Assembly (NCBI RefSeq): GCF_039654945.1
Contig: NW_027361730.1
Span: 1,860,001 to 1,924,000, forward strand
From: Dendrobates tinctorius
Taxonomy: Eukaryota
Direction: 5' to 3'
Length of the DNA: 64,000 nucleotides
Shown: positions 37,861 through 50,224 of the stretch, piece after piece
How positions within the stretch are numbered: the stretch's first letter is position 1
Layout: each line of letters starts with the position of its first letter
Program-made: the position numbers and the translations under genes
The notes under the pieces: model-generated
What the model saw: only the letters and a program-made list of their open reading frames with translations
Databases searched by the model: none
Told to the model about the DNA's origin: nothing

Positions 37861-39036
37861 TTGGGGGGTTTCCACTGTTTTGGCACATCAGGGGCTCTCC
37901 AAATGCAACATGGCGTCCGATCTCAATTCCAGCCAAAAAAGTTAAATGGCGTTGCTTCCCTTCCGAGCTCTGCCATGTTCCCAAATAGTGGTTTACCCCC
38001 ATATATGGGGTATCAGCATACTCAGGACAAATTGCACAATAACTTGGGGTCCTGTTACTCTTGGGAAAATAAAAATTTGGGGTGAAAAGATCATTTTTGT
38101 GGAAAAAATATGATTTTCTTTATCGCCTTATTGGGGGACACAGAATACCATGGGTGTATGCTGCTGCTGCTAGGAGGCTGACACTATGCAAAAACAAGAA
38201 AATTAGCTCCTCCCCGGCAGTATACACCCACCGACAGGCACCAAGCACCTCAGTTTGTGCTTAGTGTCTGTAGGAGGCGGACCGGGGTCTCCCCAGATCC
38301 GCAGCTTTAATACAATTTTCCTTTCAGGTTTAGTTTGAACTTTTTAATTTTCTCCCTCTTTTGTCTTTTAGGTTTTTTCCATTGGGAAACAGGGTATAAG
38401 TTATCACCCTGATTTCCTATATCATGCGGCTGAGCGAGCAGTGTGGTGTCACCCACATCGCACCTCTCAGTACCGCAGGCAGGACTTTTCCCTATCACCA
38501 TCTGGTGATAAGGGTTGCGGACAGGTGGCTGGTCCTTGCCGAATCCCCCTCCTCACCCCTTTCTCGGGACAGGGCTGAGAGGAAGACGGCGATCGTAGGT
38601 GTTCTAAGAAAGCCGTCTTCTGCAGGATGCGGGTACAGAGGACTCCTTCCCCTCCCAGCGGCCTGCCGTTTCCCCGTGAGCCCCTGTGTTCATCCTCTTC
38701 AGGGACGTCAGGTAAGTGCCTGTACATTCCCTCCGGCCCCGCATAAGCTTCAGTGACATGGGAGAAGAAGGGACCTTGTTGGTTTCAGGTCCACAGATTT
38801 GAATCTCCCGCCCTTCTCTGCCTGCCGCGCGCTCAGCCGCTTGCGTTCCTCCACTTTCCCTGCTCTAGTCGGGGAGTCTATGGGGATCTCCTCACTCACC
38901 GCAGCGTCACAAGCAGCAGGACCTGGTCAGATTGCATCCTTAGCGCGGTATGTAACGACTTCGAAAAAGTCGCTTACCAATCTGCCATTCCATGGTTGTA
39001 GGCTCTTTGGAGCAAAGCTGGATCAGATAATTTCCG

Positions 39037-41180
39037 ATGCCATTGGAGGTAAAAGTACTTCGCTTCCCCAATCTCGACCAAAACGTCCTTTCAACAGAAG
39101 TGGTTTTCGACCATTCAGGCCCTTTCGTCCCTTCTCTGCCACGGAGAGAGCCACTCAACAGGATCGGCCGCCCGCCACCAGGGAGCGGGATCAGAGGAAA
39201 CCTTCCTACAAACCCACTCCTCGCTGGAGATCTAGAGGACAATATTCCAGATCTGCAGGAGCCAATTCCGGCAGATTTTCGTCTAAGTGACGGGTCACCC
39301 CCACCTGGAATTTCTTCCAGGGTGGGAGGCAGACTTTCCTTTTTCGCGGATGCTTGGCTGTCCGTTGTCGACGACGCTTGGGTCAGAGAACTCGTCGCAT
39401 CCGGATACAAGATCGAATTTGCTTCACTCCCGAACAGACGGTTTTTCCAGTCTCGGCCTCCGCGACAGCGGGCCCAGCTTCCGGGTTTTCTGCAGGTCAT
39501 TTCCTCCCTTCTTTCCGCCGGAGTCATTGTTCCCGTTCCCTCAGACGAACGGTTTTCCGGGTTCTACTCCAATCTCTTTGTAGTCCCGAAGAAAGACGGC
39601 TCTCTTCGTCCTATTCTGGACCTCAAATTGCTCAATCGCCACGTGAAGATTCTTCACTTCAGGATGGAGTCTCTTCGGTCGGTGATTGCTTCCATGGAGC
39701 CCGGGGAATTTCTCTGCTCTGTGGACATTCGGGATGCCTATCTGCACATTCCAATTTGTGTGCAACATCAGAAGTATCTTCGATTTGCGTTTCAGGGAGA
39801 CCACTTTCAGTTCACAGCTCTCCCTTTCGGCCTAGCTTCAGCGCCCCGTGTTTTCACGAAGGTGATGGCGACCGTCATGGCCATCCTTCGCTCTAGAGGG
39901 ATCCTCATCATCCCTTATCTGGACGATCTTTTGATCAAGGGTTCGTCTCGCCAGGACTGTCTCCGGAGCCTTCAGATAACCCTGGACACTCTCAGCCGCC
40001 TAGGTTGGCTGGTCAACAAGGAGAAGTCCATTCTGATCCCCACCCAGCGTCTGACCTTTCTGGGTATGGAATTCGACACGAAGCTAGCCCGTGTTTTTCT
40101 TCCAAGGGAAAAATGTACAACTCTGTCCAAGGGCATCAGAACTCTCAAGAGGCCTGTTCCTATTCCCATTCGGTTCTGCATGAAGGTCCTGGGGAAGATG
40201 GTGGCCTCCATGGAAGCAGTACCCTTTGCGCAGTTTCATCTTCGCCCCCTCCAGCTGTCTCTGCTTTCAGCCTGGGACAAGACCACGATGTCCTTGGACC
40301 GTCCTATTCGGCTTCCTCTCAGAGTGAGGCAGTCTCTCACTTGGTGGTTACGGCCAGCGTCAGTTCTCCAAGGGAGGTCCTTCCTTCCGCCTCAGTGGCA
40401 AGTCATCACCACCGATGCGAGCCTTCTAGGATGGGGAGCCGTGTTCCATCAGAAAGCGGCCCAAGGCCGCTGGAAGCCACAGGAGTCTCTCCTCCCAATC
40501 AATCTTTTGGAGATCAGAGCAATTTTCCTGGCCCTTCTTCATTGGCAGCCCCTCCTCTCCGGCAAGCCGGTCCGTATTCAGTCGGACAACGCCACGGCCG
40601 TGGCGTACATAAACCATCAGGGGGGCACGCGCAGCAAACAAGTAATGTCAGAAGTGGCCAAGATATTCCGCTGGGCAGAACGTTACGTTCCGACAATCTC
40701 CGCCGTCCATATTCCAGGGGTGGAAAATTGGGCAGCCGACTTTCTGAGTCGCCAGGGCCTAGCGTCCGGCGAATGGTCCCTGCACCCCGCAGTTTTCTCT
40801 CAGATATGCGACCGTTGGGGCACCCCGGATGTCGATCTCATGGCATCTCGGATGAACCACAAGGTGCCACAGTTCGTAGCCAGGTCCAGGGACCCTCTAG
40901 CGACGCACTGGTGACTCCGTGGTCCCAGTTTCAACTTCCGTATCTGTTCCCGCCTCTGGCATTGATCCCTCGAGTGGTCAAATAGATAAAATCGGAAGGC
41001 GTACCAGTGATTCTAGTCGCTCCAGATTGGCCAAGACGGCCTTGGTACGCGGAACTGGTCAACATGCTCGCGGACGTTCCCTGGAGGCTTCCAGACCGTC
41101 CAGATCTTCTCTCGCAAGGCCCCCTTTACCACGAGAATTCTCAGTCTCTGAGTTTGACGGCATGGCCGTTGAGACCGCAA
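39037..41180 (+). pseudogene. DIRS RT-RNase H-MT ORF, frameshifted near 40900 with a stop at 40983
   Basis: ORF 39037-40914 continues in another frame as DALVTPWSQFQLPYLFPP...VVK*IKSEGVPVILVAPDWPRRPW. Confidence 0.85.
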
Positions 41181-42211
41181 TTCTGAAGGAATCAGGTCTG
41201 TCCAGTCAGGTTATTCAAACTATGATCAGAGCCAGGAAACCAGCCTCTTCTCGCATTTACTATAGGTACTGGAAGGCTTTTTTCCGTTGGTGCGACGATA
41301 AAAGAGTGTTCCCAATGTCTTTTTCTATCCCATCTATCCTGGGGTTTCTTCAGTCTGGGTTAGACGCGGGTCTGTCCCTCAGTACGCTCAAGGGCCAGGT
41401 TTCCGCTCTCTCTATCCTCTTCCAAAGAGAGCTGGCTTCTCTACCACAGGTCAAAACCTTTCTGCAAGGGGTTTCCCACGTGGCTCCTCCTCATCATTTG
41501 CCAATAGACCCGTGGGATCTCAACCTCGTCCTTAGCGCTCTCCAGAAGGCGCCGTTCGAGCCTCTCCAGGACATTCCTTTGTCCCTTCTCTCTTGGAAGG
41601 TCACCTTTTTGATCGCCATCTCATCCATCAGAAGAGTTTCTGAATTGGCGGCCTTGTCATGTCGTTCCCCTTACCTCATTCTCCATCAGGACAAAGCCGT
41701 CCTCAGGCCCGTTCCTTCTTTTCTTCCAAAGGTGGTTTCCGCTTTCCATATCAATGAGGATATCGTCCTTCCTTCTTTTTGTCCGGCTCCATCTCATCCT
41801 CTTGAGAAGTCTCTCCACAAACTGGACGTAGTTAGAGCCCTGCGTGTCTATCTCGCCAGGACTTCTTCCTTTCGTCTGTCCGATTCCTTGCTGATCATCT
41901 CTGAAGGTCGCCAGAAGGGCCTTCCGGCTTCCAAATCCACGATCGCTCGCTGGATTCGTTCTACCATTCTGGAAGCGTATCGTCTTCAGGAAAAGCGGCC
42001 CCCTCCGGGAGTAAGAGCTCATTCCACCCGGGCTGTGGCGGCTTCGTGGGCTGCTCGTCACCAGGCCTCGGCCATGCAAATTTGCAAGGCTGCAACCTGG
42101 TCATCTTTGCACACCTTCACGAGGTTCTACAAGGTTCATACCCAGGCCTCGTCTGATGCTGTGGTTGGTAGGAAGGTTCTGCAGGCGGCGGTGGCTCACC
42201 GGCCGACCTAA
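40919..42211 (+). CDS. DIRS tyrosine recombinase (catalytic domain intact, N-terminal overlap region frameshifted)
   Basis: SIRRVSEL, AHSTRA and ATWSSLHTFTRFY catalytic motifs. Confidence 0.85.
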   Translation: MVPVSTSVSVPASGIDPSSGQIDKIGRRTSDSSRSRLAKTALVRGTGQHARGRSLEASRPSRSSLARPPLPREFSVSEFDGMAVETAILKESGLSSQVIQTMIRARKPASSRIYYRYWKAFFRWCDDKRVFPMSFSIPSILGFLQSGLDAGLSLSTLKGQVSALSILFQRELASLPQVKTFLQGVSHVAPPHHLPIDPWDLNLVLSALQKAPFEPLQDIPLSLLSWKVTFLIAISSIRRVSELAALSCRSPYLILHQDKAVLRPVPSFLPKVVSAFHINEDIVLPSFCPAPSHPLEKSLHKLDVVRALRVYLARTSSFRLSDSLLIISEGRQKGLPASKSTIARWIRSTILEAYRLQEKRPPPGVRAHSTRAVAASWAARHQASAMQICKAATWSSLHTFTRFYKVHTQASSDAVVGRKVLQAAVAHRPT

Positions 42212-44553
42212 GCCTTTCAGTTTCTTTCGTTCCTTATTGCTGTTCCCACCCTTGGGACTGCTTTGGGACGTCCCATGGTATTCTGTGTCCCCCAATAAGG
42301 CGATAAAGAAAGATGGATTTTTGGTTCTTACCGTAAAATCTCTTTCTTGGAGCCTTCATTGGGGGACACAGCACCCTCCCTGTTTAAGTTGTACCGTGTT
42401 GGGTCTTAGAGTCCCTTGTTGGGTTGGTACATATGGTTCGAGTTTTTTCTCGTTGCTTCTCCTACTGCTTTTTCACCAACTGAGGTGCTTGGTGCCTGTC
42501 GGTGGGTGTATACTGCCGGGGAGGAGCTAATTTTCTTGTTTTTGCATAGTGTCAGCCTCCTAGCAGCAGCAGCATACACCCATGGTATTCTGTGTCCCCC
42601 CAATGAAGGCTCCAAGAAAGAGATTTTACGGTAAGAACCAAAAATCCATCTTTTTTTAATTGTACGGCTGTACGTTATAAACTTCTGTGAAGCCCTTGTG
42701 GGTTCAAAGTGCTCACCACATATCTAGATAAGTTCCTTGGGGGGTCTAGTTTCTAAAATGGGGTCACTTGTGGGGGGTTTCCACTGTTTAGGTACATCAG
42801 GGGCTCTCCAAACGTGGCATGGCGTCCAATCTGAATTCCAGCCAATTTTGCAGAGAAAAAGTCAAACGACGCTCCTTCCCTTCCGAGCTCTGCCTTGTGC
42901 CCAAACAGTGGTTCCCCCCACATATCAGGTATCGGCGTACTCAGGACAAATTGCACAATAACTTTTCCAGTCCAATTTCTCCTGTTACCCTTGGTAAAAT
43001 AAAAAAATTGAACCTGAAGTAATTTTTTTTGTGAAAAAAAGTTAAATGTTCATTTTTTTTTTTAAACATTCAAAAAATTCCTGTGAAGCACCTGAAGGGT
43101 TAATAAACTTCTTGAATGTGGTTTTGAACACCTTGAGGGGTGCAGTTTTTAGAATGGTGTCACTTTTGGGTATTTTCTATCATATAGACCCCTCAAAGTG
43201 ACTTCAAATGTGATATGGTCCCTAAAAATAAAATGGTGTTGTAAAAATGAGAAATCGCTGGTCAACTTTTAACCCTTATAACTTCCTAACAAAAAAAATT
43301 TGGGTTCCCAAATTGTGCCAATGTAAAGTAAACATGGGGGAAATGTTATTTATTAAGTTTTTTGAGTGCCATATCTCTGTGATTTAAGAGCATAAAAATT
43401 AAAAGTTGGAAAATTGTGACATTTTCAAAATTTTCTCCAAATTTCCATTTTTTTCACAAATAAATGCAAGTTATATGAATGAAATTTTACCTCTAACATG
43501 AAGTTGTCCAATATGTCACGAGAAAACAGACAATGTCATAATCACCGGGATCCATGGAAGCGTTTCAGAGTTATTACCTCATAAAGGGACAGTGGTCAAA
43601 ATTGTAAAAATTGGCCCGGGAATTAACATGCAAACCATCCTTGGGAGTAAAGGGGTTAAAAGATCGTATCTGCACAAAAGTGGTATAATTAAAAACGTCA
43701 GCTCAGCGCGCAAAAAATAAGCCCCCCACCCGACCTGAGCTAATGAAAAATGGAGACTTGGAAAATGGGGGAATGGGGTCTCGGAAAATGGATTTTTTTT
43801 TTAGCAAACTTTGGAATTGTTTTTCACCACTAAGATAAAAAAGAACCTAGCCATGTTTGGTGTCTGTGAACTCGTTATGACCTGGAGAATCATAGTGGCA
43901 GCTCAGTTTTAGCACTTAATGAACCTAGCAAAAAAGCCAAAGAAAAAAACAGTGTGGGATTGCGCTTTTTTTTGCAATTTCACCGCACTTGGAATTTTTT
44001 CCTGTTTTTGAGTACACAACATGGTAAAACCAAAAGTACAACTCGTCCCGCAAAAAATAAGCCCTTACATGGCCATATTGACGTAAAAATAAAAAAGTTA
44101 TGGCTCTGGGAAGAAGGGGAGCGAAAAATGAAAACGCATTAACGGTCATTAAGGGGTTAATGGGTGCAAAGGAGTGGGTATTTGAACTTTTATGTTTTTT
44201 AAATTCTTTTCATATTCGTAAAAACATTTCTTTTCACTTTTTATTGTATATATTAATCCCTTTAGGGGACTTGAAGCAGTGATCGTACGATCACTTGTAC
44301 TATACATAGCAGTGCATCATCATTTCTATGTATAGTGAAGATCACAATCTCTTATGAACGTCAGCTACAGGCTGACATTCACAGAGGAATTGTCATGACA
44401 TGCATGGACGTCCTCAGCAGACCTCTGGTTGTCATAGCAATCCATTGGTACTCTGTGATCACGACACGGGAGTGCCAGTAGGCGCATGGAATGGCATGCC
44501 TCCCTGCCATCGCGTGTTAATGAGCACTGTCAGAGACTGACAGTGGCATTTTA

Positions 44554-44904
44554 GGCTGTGTTCACACACAGCGTTTTTTTAGCGGTTTTTACCGCGGTTT
44601 TCACTATAAAACCGCTAAAAATAAGCTTCCCAGTCATTTCTATGCATTTTGCACTTTTTGTGCACATTGATGCGTTTTTTACCTCGAAAAAACCGCATCG
44701 CTGTAAAAAACGCAGCATGCTCATTAATTTTGTAGATTTTTCCGCGGTTTTGGCTTCTTCCATGCGGTTTGAAACCGCTGCGGAAAAAAACGCATCAAAA
44801 TCGCCCAAAAAACACGCAAAAACCGCAGCGGAAAAATAGGTGCGGTTTCTGGGAAGGGATTCAGGTTTTTGAGCAGAAATTTTCTGCAACATGTGCACTT
44901 AGCC
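44554..44904. mobile_element. Harbinger-like MITE
   Basis: GGCTGTGTTCACAC ... GTGCACTTAGCC with TWA flanks. Confidence 0.7.
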
Positions 44905-45059
44905 TAACAGTTTAACAGCCGTGGTCAGAGCTCTGCTCCACCCTTATCTGTTAAAGGCAGATGATTGCTAGTTAAATCATCCATCATCTGCCAGGAAAGA
45001 TGCGGACTCGGCGTGCCAGCCCGCTTCAAAGTCAGGGACATGACACAAGATGTTCAACC

Positions 45060-45350
45060 TTTCTCTACCAATTGTACATTACATTATTAAATTAACTATA
45101 ACCCACAATGCTATGTGTATTAAGAAAATTATCCAGCCCTTTTTTAAAAGCTGTAATAGTGTCTGCCATTACTACCTCTTGTGGTAGGGTATGCCACAGT
45201 CTCACTGCTCGAACAGTAAAGATCCCTTTCCTATTTAGCTGCCAGAATCTCCTTTATTCCACCTGTAATTTGAACCCCCTGGCCCTTAATATGGTCTTTG
45301 AAAGGAATAAGTCATGTGCCAGTCCTTTTTGTTGACCACACATATATTTA
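45060..45350 (-). mobile_element. LINE (CR1-clade) 3' fragment
   Basis: Reverse strand reads as an RT C-terminus (..FTVRAVRLWHTLPQEVVMADTITAFKKGLDNFL). Confidence 0.7.
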
Positions 45351-45697
45351 TACATTGCAGTAGTTTAGGTATCCATGGTTACGACCACTAAGGCCTGTTT
45401 CACACTTCAGTTTTTGTCCATCAGTCAAGATCCGCCGTTTTGCAAAAAAAACGGATCCGCCATTTTGCTTGGCAGATCCGTTTTTTTCCCATTGAGTTGC
45501 ATTACCGGCGGATCTTGACGGATGGCCATGCGTTGGATCCGTTTTTTTGCGGATCCGCCAAAATTTTGACGTCCGCCGACATGCCCGAATGGAGCATGTA
45601 ACTTTTTTTTCGGGCGGCAGGATCCGCACTTCTCACTGCGCATGGCTGAAAGACTTCACTCAGCCGGAAATTTAACCCTAAAATCTATTCTGGCGGC

Positions 45698-45742
<45 letters not shown>

Positions 45743-46052
45743 ACAACTAGATGACTGTCACTTCTGTATATGAGTTGTCCTAACCATAGATATATTTGTA
45801 TACTTTTTTTATGTGGCTTCTTTAATTTAATCAGTAAACTTTTTTTCTACATTGAAAATACATTGTAAATTATTAGCAAAAAAAAAACTATATCAAAAAA
45901 TTGCAATCTTTTGTTACCTAGTGAAATATGACTGTATGCTAAACGGCAAGGCTTGTGGTTAATTAGCCTAGGTAAATAGTGATGCTTTGTATGTCAACAC
46001 CTCAGCCATGAAATTGTCACTTAATATAATTTTAACTACATCTGTCTTAAAG

Positions 46053-46199
46053 GAAGAAGTGAGGGCCAAATTCCAACGACTGGAGACACACTCCGAAAAC
46101 GTACTTTGAGCATTACCAACACCGTTGCTGTTTGCATTTTGGACTTGTGTCTCTTTTGCTTTCTAATTAAACTAAATAGAAAACGAAATAATGATGAAG
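46053..46199 (+). CDS. IgV-TM-NLR gene, stalk plus transmembrane exon
   Basis: tctgtcttaaag| acceptor, G|GTAGGT donor, 147 nt, phase 1-1, open: GRSEGQIPTTGDTLRKRTLSITNTVAVCILDLCLFCFLIKLNRKRNNDE; a hydrophobic stretch followed by a basic KLNRKR stop-transfer cluster. Absent from the ORF track. Confidence 0.8.
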
Positions 46200-47982
46200 G
46201 TAGGTGGAGTCATTGAGATCAAACTTGCTGCATAAATAAAAGCTGCTGCTTAGTTGCTCATTTTCATTAAGGGTTAAATTGTGTATTTTCCGATCTGGTT
46301 TAGATTTTATATACTTTTATTTTGGGCTAAAAATTGCCATTATGTTGATGATCATGACAAAAAAATTCCAATAACAAATGTGTCATCGTGTTATCGGAAG
46401 AGTATGGTAGCAGTACATTGAGATATTGAGGAAGGGATTCTGAGAGATCTAGAATTCAGATAGCGTGTTGTACTTCTGTCTTTTTGTGTTTGGAGCGAAG
46501 TTGTAACAACATTATGGTAAAGCCATCGCAAGGGGAAACGCTGCCTCCCCTAATCCACCATCAACCAGTGCCCTACTCTGCACACGTGAGGTGTTAGGGG
46601 GCAAGAGTTTGTGTGTGGGGTGGAAGGCGAGAGTACAGTTGCTATATTTATTACTTCATGAAGGATCACATGTTTGATCACAGTAATGAAGATGGGAGAA
46701 ACTGGGAGCTCACCTACAGCTTCATAACAAGTACAGTATGTACAGAATAGTGGGCTGAGGGTGAAGGTGCAGGGCTCCAGTTTTTAACACATGACGGACA
46801 TGGAACTGGTAGAGGGTATACACTGATAAAAAAAAAAAAAACATGATACAGATATCATTGTTGTCATATTGTATATAATGCTATTTCTCATGTACACACA
46901 TTTTGATTCTCTCTCATGAAGTTAAAAAGCTATTCTTACCTTGTGAATTCATAACATATGTCTAGGATATGCGATCACTTTATATCGATCCCACGAGGCC
47001 TTAGGATAAGATCTCTTTAAGACGTCCGTTTATTGCATACAATGCTATCTGTGCTTTTCAGGGATAACATTTGGACCTATAATAATGAATGGGGCTGTTC
47101 ACATTTTCATTATTTTTCAAGAACCGAGCCAATTCGCGGAGACATGTCCAATATTGATCTCAGTGTTGGATTAATATTGGCAGTGCATGTCTATGGATCC
47201 ATGAAAAAAATTGGACAGCACTCAGATGTCAACCAAATGTGGACTGATGTTCATGGACTGTTACATATGAGAAACTTTTTTTTCACCTACAAGAAAAACT
47301 GATGAGTATCAGACTAAACTCTGATGAAACTTGGACCAAACCCTGACCAAAGTCACTCGGTCTATTTTTCTCGTGAAAATAACTGAAACCCGAATGAGGC
47401 CTTAGGGAGCACAGTGCTAGTTAAGCTCTGTATTCCCTGCATTGCTTTCTTCCTATAGTGATTCATCCCCAGGGTAGGTGCACACTACTCTTTTCTCTCC
47501 ATCCGAGAAAAACGGTCTGACTATGCTAATCAGATTCCGATCAGAGTTTGATCAGAGTGGGATCCATATTTCTTGGAGGTGGAGATAAACAAAAATTGGT
47601 TCTCCACCTTCTACATTCAGTTAGTTTGTGAAAATTGGACCACACTTGGGATGTCATCCTTGGGTGATCTGATGTTGTCCGCAGACCCATAGACTTGCAT
47701 TGCCAATTTTGATCTTACACTCAATTCAAAATCAGACATGTTACCAATTGGACATGTTCACAGCTCCATAGAATAACATGGATACAAGTATTATCAATCA
47801 AAACCATGGATAGCACTTGTCCAACTTAAATGGTCATGTGCACGAGCACTTAAGGACATAAGTGGCAAGTTTTTTTCTCTCCGTTGCCATGAGTGTTCCA
47901 AATTTTATTTTAATTACAAATCTGTCATATAATTCCAGGGATATGGGTCTTTTTACTTAGTGCTAATTTTTATGGTTTTTAG

Positions 47983-49227
47983 CCCCTTACTGCCATTGGA
48001 CGCAATAGTACATCTAATGGCAGTACCCCTGCTTTGATGAGGGCTCCGGCAGTAAGCCGGCATCAAAGCCGGGACATGTCAGCTGTTTTCAACAGCTGAC
48101 ATATGCCCGCAATAGGTGCAGGTGGAATCGCAATCCACCCGCGCCTATTAACTAGTTAAATCCCACTGTCAAATGCGGGATTTAACCTGCGCTTCCGGTC
48201 GCCGGGCCAGAAATACGCTCATCACCAACCTCCATCACATGATCTGGGGTCAGCGATGCGTTGCCATAACAACCTGAGGTCTCCTAGAGACCTCTATGGT
48301 TGTTGATGAGGCATTGCTATGAGCGCCACCTGGTGGTCGGCCCTCAGAGCTATGCTATAATTCTGCTACATATAGTCGAACTGCTCATCGCCTATATGTA
48401 ACAGAGCCGATCAAGTTGTGGATTCTTCTAACCTCCCAAGGAGGCTATTGAAGCATGGCAAAATTATTTAAAAAATGTTTTAAAAAAATATGAAAAAAAT
48501 AAAAAAATATAAAAGTTTAAATCACCCCACTTTCGCCCCATTCAAAATAAAACAATTAAAAAAAATCACACATACACATGTTAGGTATCGCCGCATTCAG
48601 AATCGCCCGATCTATCAATAAGAAAAAGGATGAACCTGATCGCTAAATGGCGTAGCGGGAAAAAAAATCGAAATGCCAGAATTACTTTTTTTGGTCACCG
48701 TGACATTGCATTAAAATACAATAATGGGTGTTCAAAAGATCGTATCTGCACATAAATGGTATCCTTAAAAATGTCAGCTCGGCGCGCAAAAAATAAGCCC
48801 TCACCCAACCACAGATCACATAAAATGGAGACGGGTATCGGAAAATGGCGCAATTTTTTAGCAAATTTGGAATTTTTTTCACCATTTAGATAAAAAAGAA
48901 CCTAGACATGTTTGGTGACTATGAACTTGTAATGACCTGGCAAATCATAATGGCGTGTCAGTTTTAGCATTTAGTAAACCTAGCAAAAAAAGCCAAACAA
49001 AAACAAGTGTGGGATTGCACTTTTTGCAATTTCACCGCACTTGGAATTTTTTTCCCGTTTTTGAGTACACTACATACTAAAACCAATGATGTCGTTCAAA
49101 AGTACAACTCGTCCCGCAAAAAATAAGCCCTCACATGGCCATATTGACGGAAAAATAAAAAAGTTATGGCTCTTGGAACTAGGGGAGCGAAAAGCAAAAG
49201 CCGAAAAAAGCTCTGTTCATTAAGGGG
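47983..49227. mobile_element. Non-autonomous piggyBac-type element (duplicate at 52232-53476)
   Basis: CCCCTT...AAGGGG ends, flanked by TTAG and TTAA. Confidence 0.85.
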
Positions 49228-49527
49228 TTAAAAAGTGGGTGGTGCTCACTACATACTAAGCACTAAATAAAGAGTGACATATCTCTGGAATCTTAGGGTG
49301 TATTTATAAAAAAGCTTAAAAAAATGGAATACTAAGGGGAGCAGCGGGAATAAAATAGGAGCAAAAACTGGGCACTGTTGACCTGATGACAGGTCCTCTA
49401 AGAGGATGGACCTCGGTGCATTTCCCTGCTGTCAGCTGGCCAGGACCAATGTGCTTTGATTTCAAATGGGAATAACATGTGCAGCTGTAATTCTTGCACT
49501 GTCTCATACAAGGGACATTTTGACTAA

Positions 49528-49976
49528 GGCCGGTTTCACATTTGCAATTAAGACCGCAGCGTCGGCCTGCGCACGGCCACCGCTAAGCCCTGCCCCCTGT
49601 CGCGCCTCCGCCGGTAGCTCCGCCTCCGGGTGCATGACACTGCATGCGTCATGCGTCCCCTATCTTTATCACTGAGGACGCAGACCGTGCGCAGTATGCG
49701 TTTGGCGGCGCCTGCGTCCTTTTGACGGCGCGCCGAGCTCCACCAAATTGCAACAGGTTGCGTTTGGCGCTGGTTGGCGCACCGTCAAAAGGACGCAGGC
49801 GCCGCCAAAACGCATACTGTGCACGGCCTGCGTCCTTAGTGATAGGGGATGCATGACGCATGCAGCGTCATGCGCCCGGAGGCGAGCTACCGGAGGAGGC
49901 GCGGCAGGGGGCGGGGCTTAGCGGCGGCCGTGCGCAGGCCGACGCTGCGGCCTTAAACGCAAATGTGAAACCGGCC
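49528..49976. mobile_element. Harbinger-like palindromic MITE (duplicate at 53777-54225)
   Basis: TIR GGCCGGTTTCACATTTGC, TAA TSD; related to 11039-11475. Confidence 0.88.
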
Positions 49977-50191
49977 TAAGTCAGTTAAGTTCTCGCTATG
50001 GTTTTGGCATTTGAGAAAATAGCAAAGTGGTAGCATTCTACAGGCAAATGTTAATGATAACAAGAAGTATATGGTAAGTTGGGAAATTAATAATTTTTTT
50101 TGTGTGAAGAACAGTAATACAGTATTCCATTGTTACACAATATACGGTAGATCATTGTTTGTAACAAGATGTACTTGTCTTTTTCTTGCAG

Positions 50192-50224
50192 AAAATCCGG
50201 CCCTCATTGATGCAAAGTCGCAAG
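50192..50224 (+). CDS. IgV-TM-NLR gene, 33-nt cytoplasmic linker exon, copy 1 (ENPALIDAKSQ)
   Basis: Strong acceptor ttgtctttttcttgcag|, donor AAG|GTATCT, symmetric phase 1-1. Confidence 0.7.

Larger units (their letters stand above)
38115..42653 (+). mobile_element. DIRS1-like tyrosine-recombinase retrotransposon with a gag deletion
   Basis: Inverted terminal repeats (about 38115-38255 versus 42480-42605); internal complementary region at about 42272-42372 matching both termini joined through TTT; no TSD; RT (YLDD), RNase H (TTDAS, LEIRA, SDN), methyltransferase-like region (DLMAS, YLFPP) and YR. Confidence 0.95.
36335..43655 (+). mobile_element. Transposase-less relative of the 1711-8486 piggyBac, in the opposite orientation
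   Basis: TTAA TSD (36331-36334, 43656-43659); 42660-43655 is the reverse complement of about 1711-2700, including the 390-bp unit. Confidence 0.88.
35728..44156. mobile_element. Non-autonomous piggyBac-type element (about 1.1 kb when emptied) hosting nested insertions
   Basis: TTAA-CCCCTTACTGCC ... AAGGGG-TTAA; the two halves match the uninterrupted copy at 47983-49227. Confidence 0.85.
35400..45050. mobile_element. Old degenerate piggyBac-type non-autonomous element (outermost layer of a nest; boundaries approximate)
   Basis: Segments 35440-35720 and 44160-45050 resemble consecutive parts of the 31545-32787 family. Confidence 0.55.

Noticed and set aside
40005-40985. 326-aa overlapping ORF as a novel gene
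   Set aside because: It is the usual DIRS overlap frame upstream of the recombinase, joined by a frameshift near 40900 to the end of the RT/MT frame.
35193-46052. A second (IgC) Ig exon as in typical B7/BTN genes
   Set aside because: None found by eye; the interval is almost fully accounted for by nested transposons, and the IgV and TM exons join in phase without it.
46075-46102. GGAG-acaca-CTCC-GAAA hairpin as a hammerhead ribozyme
   Set aside because: The CTGANGA core is missing, and the stretch is better explained as the open reading frame of the TM exon.
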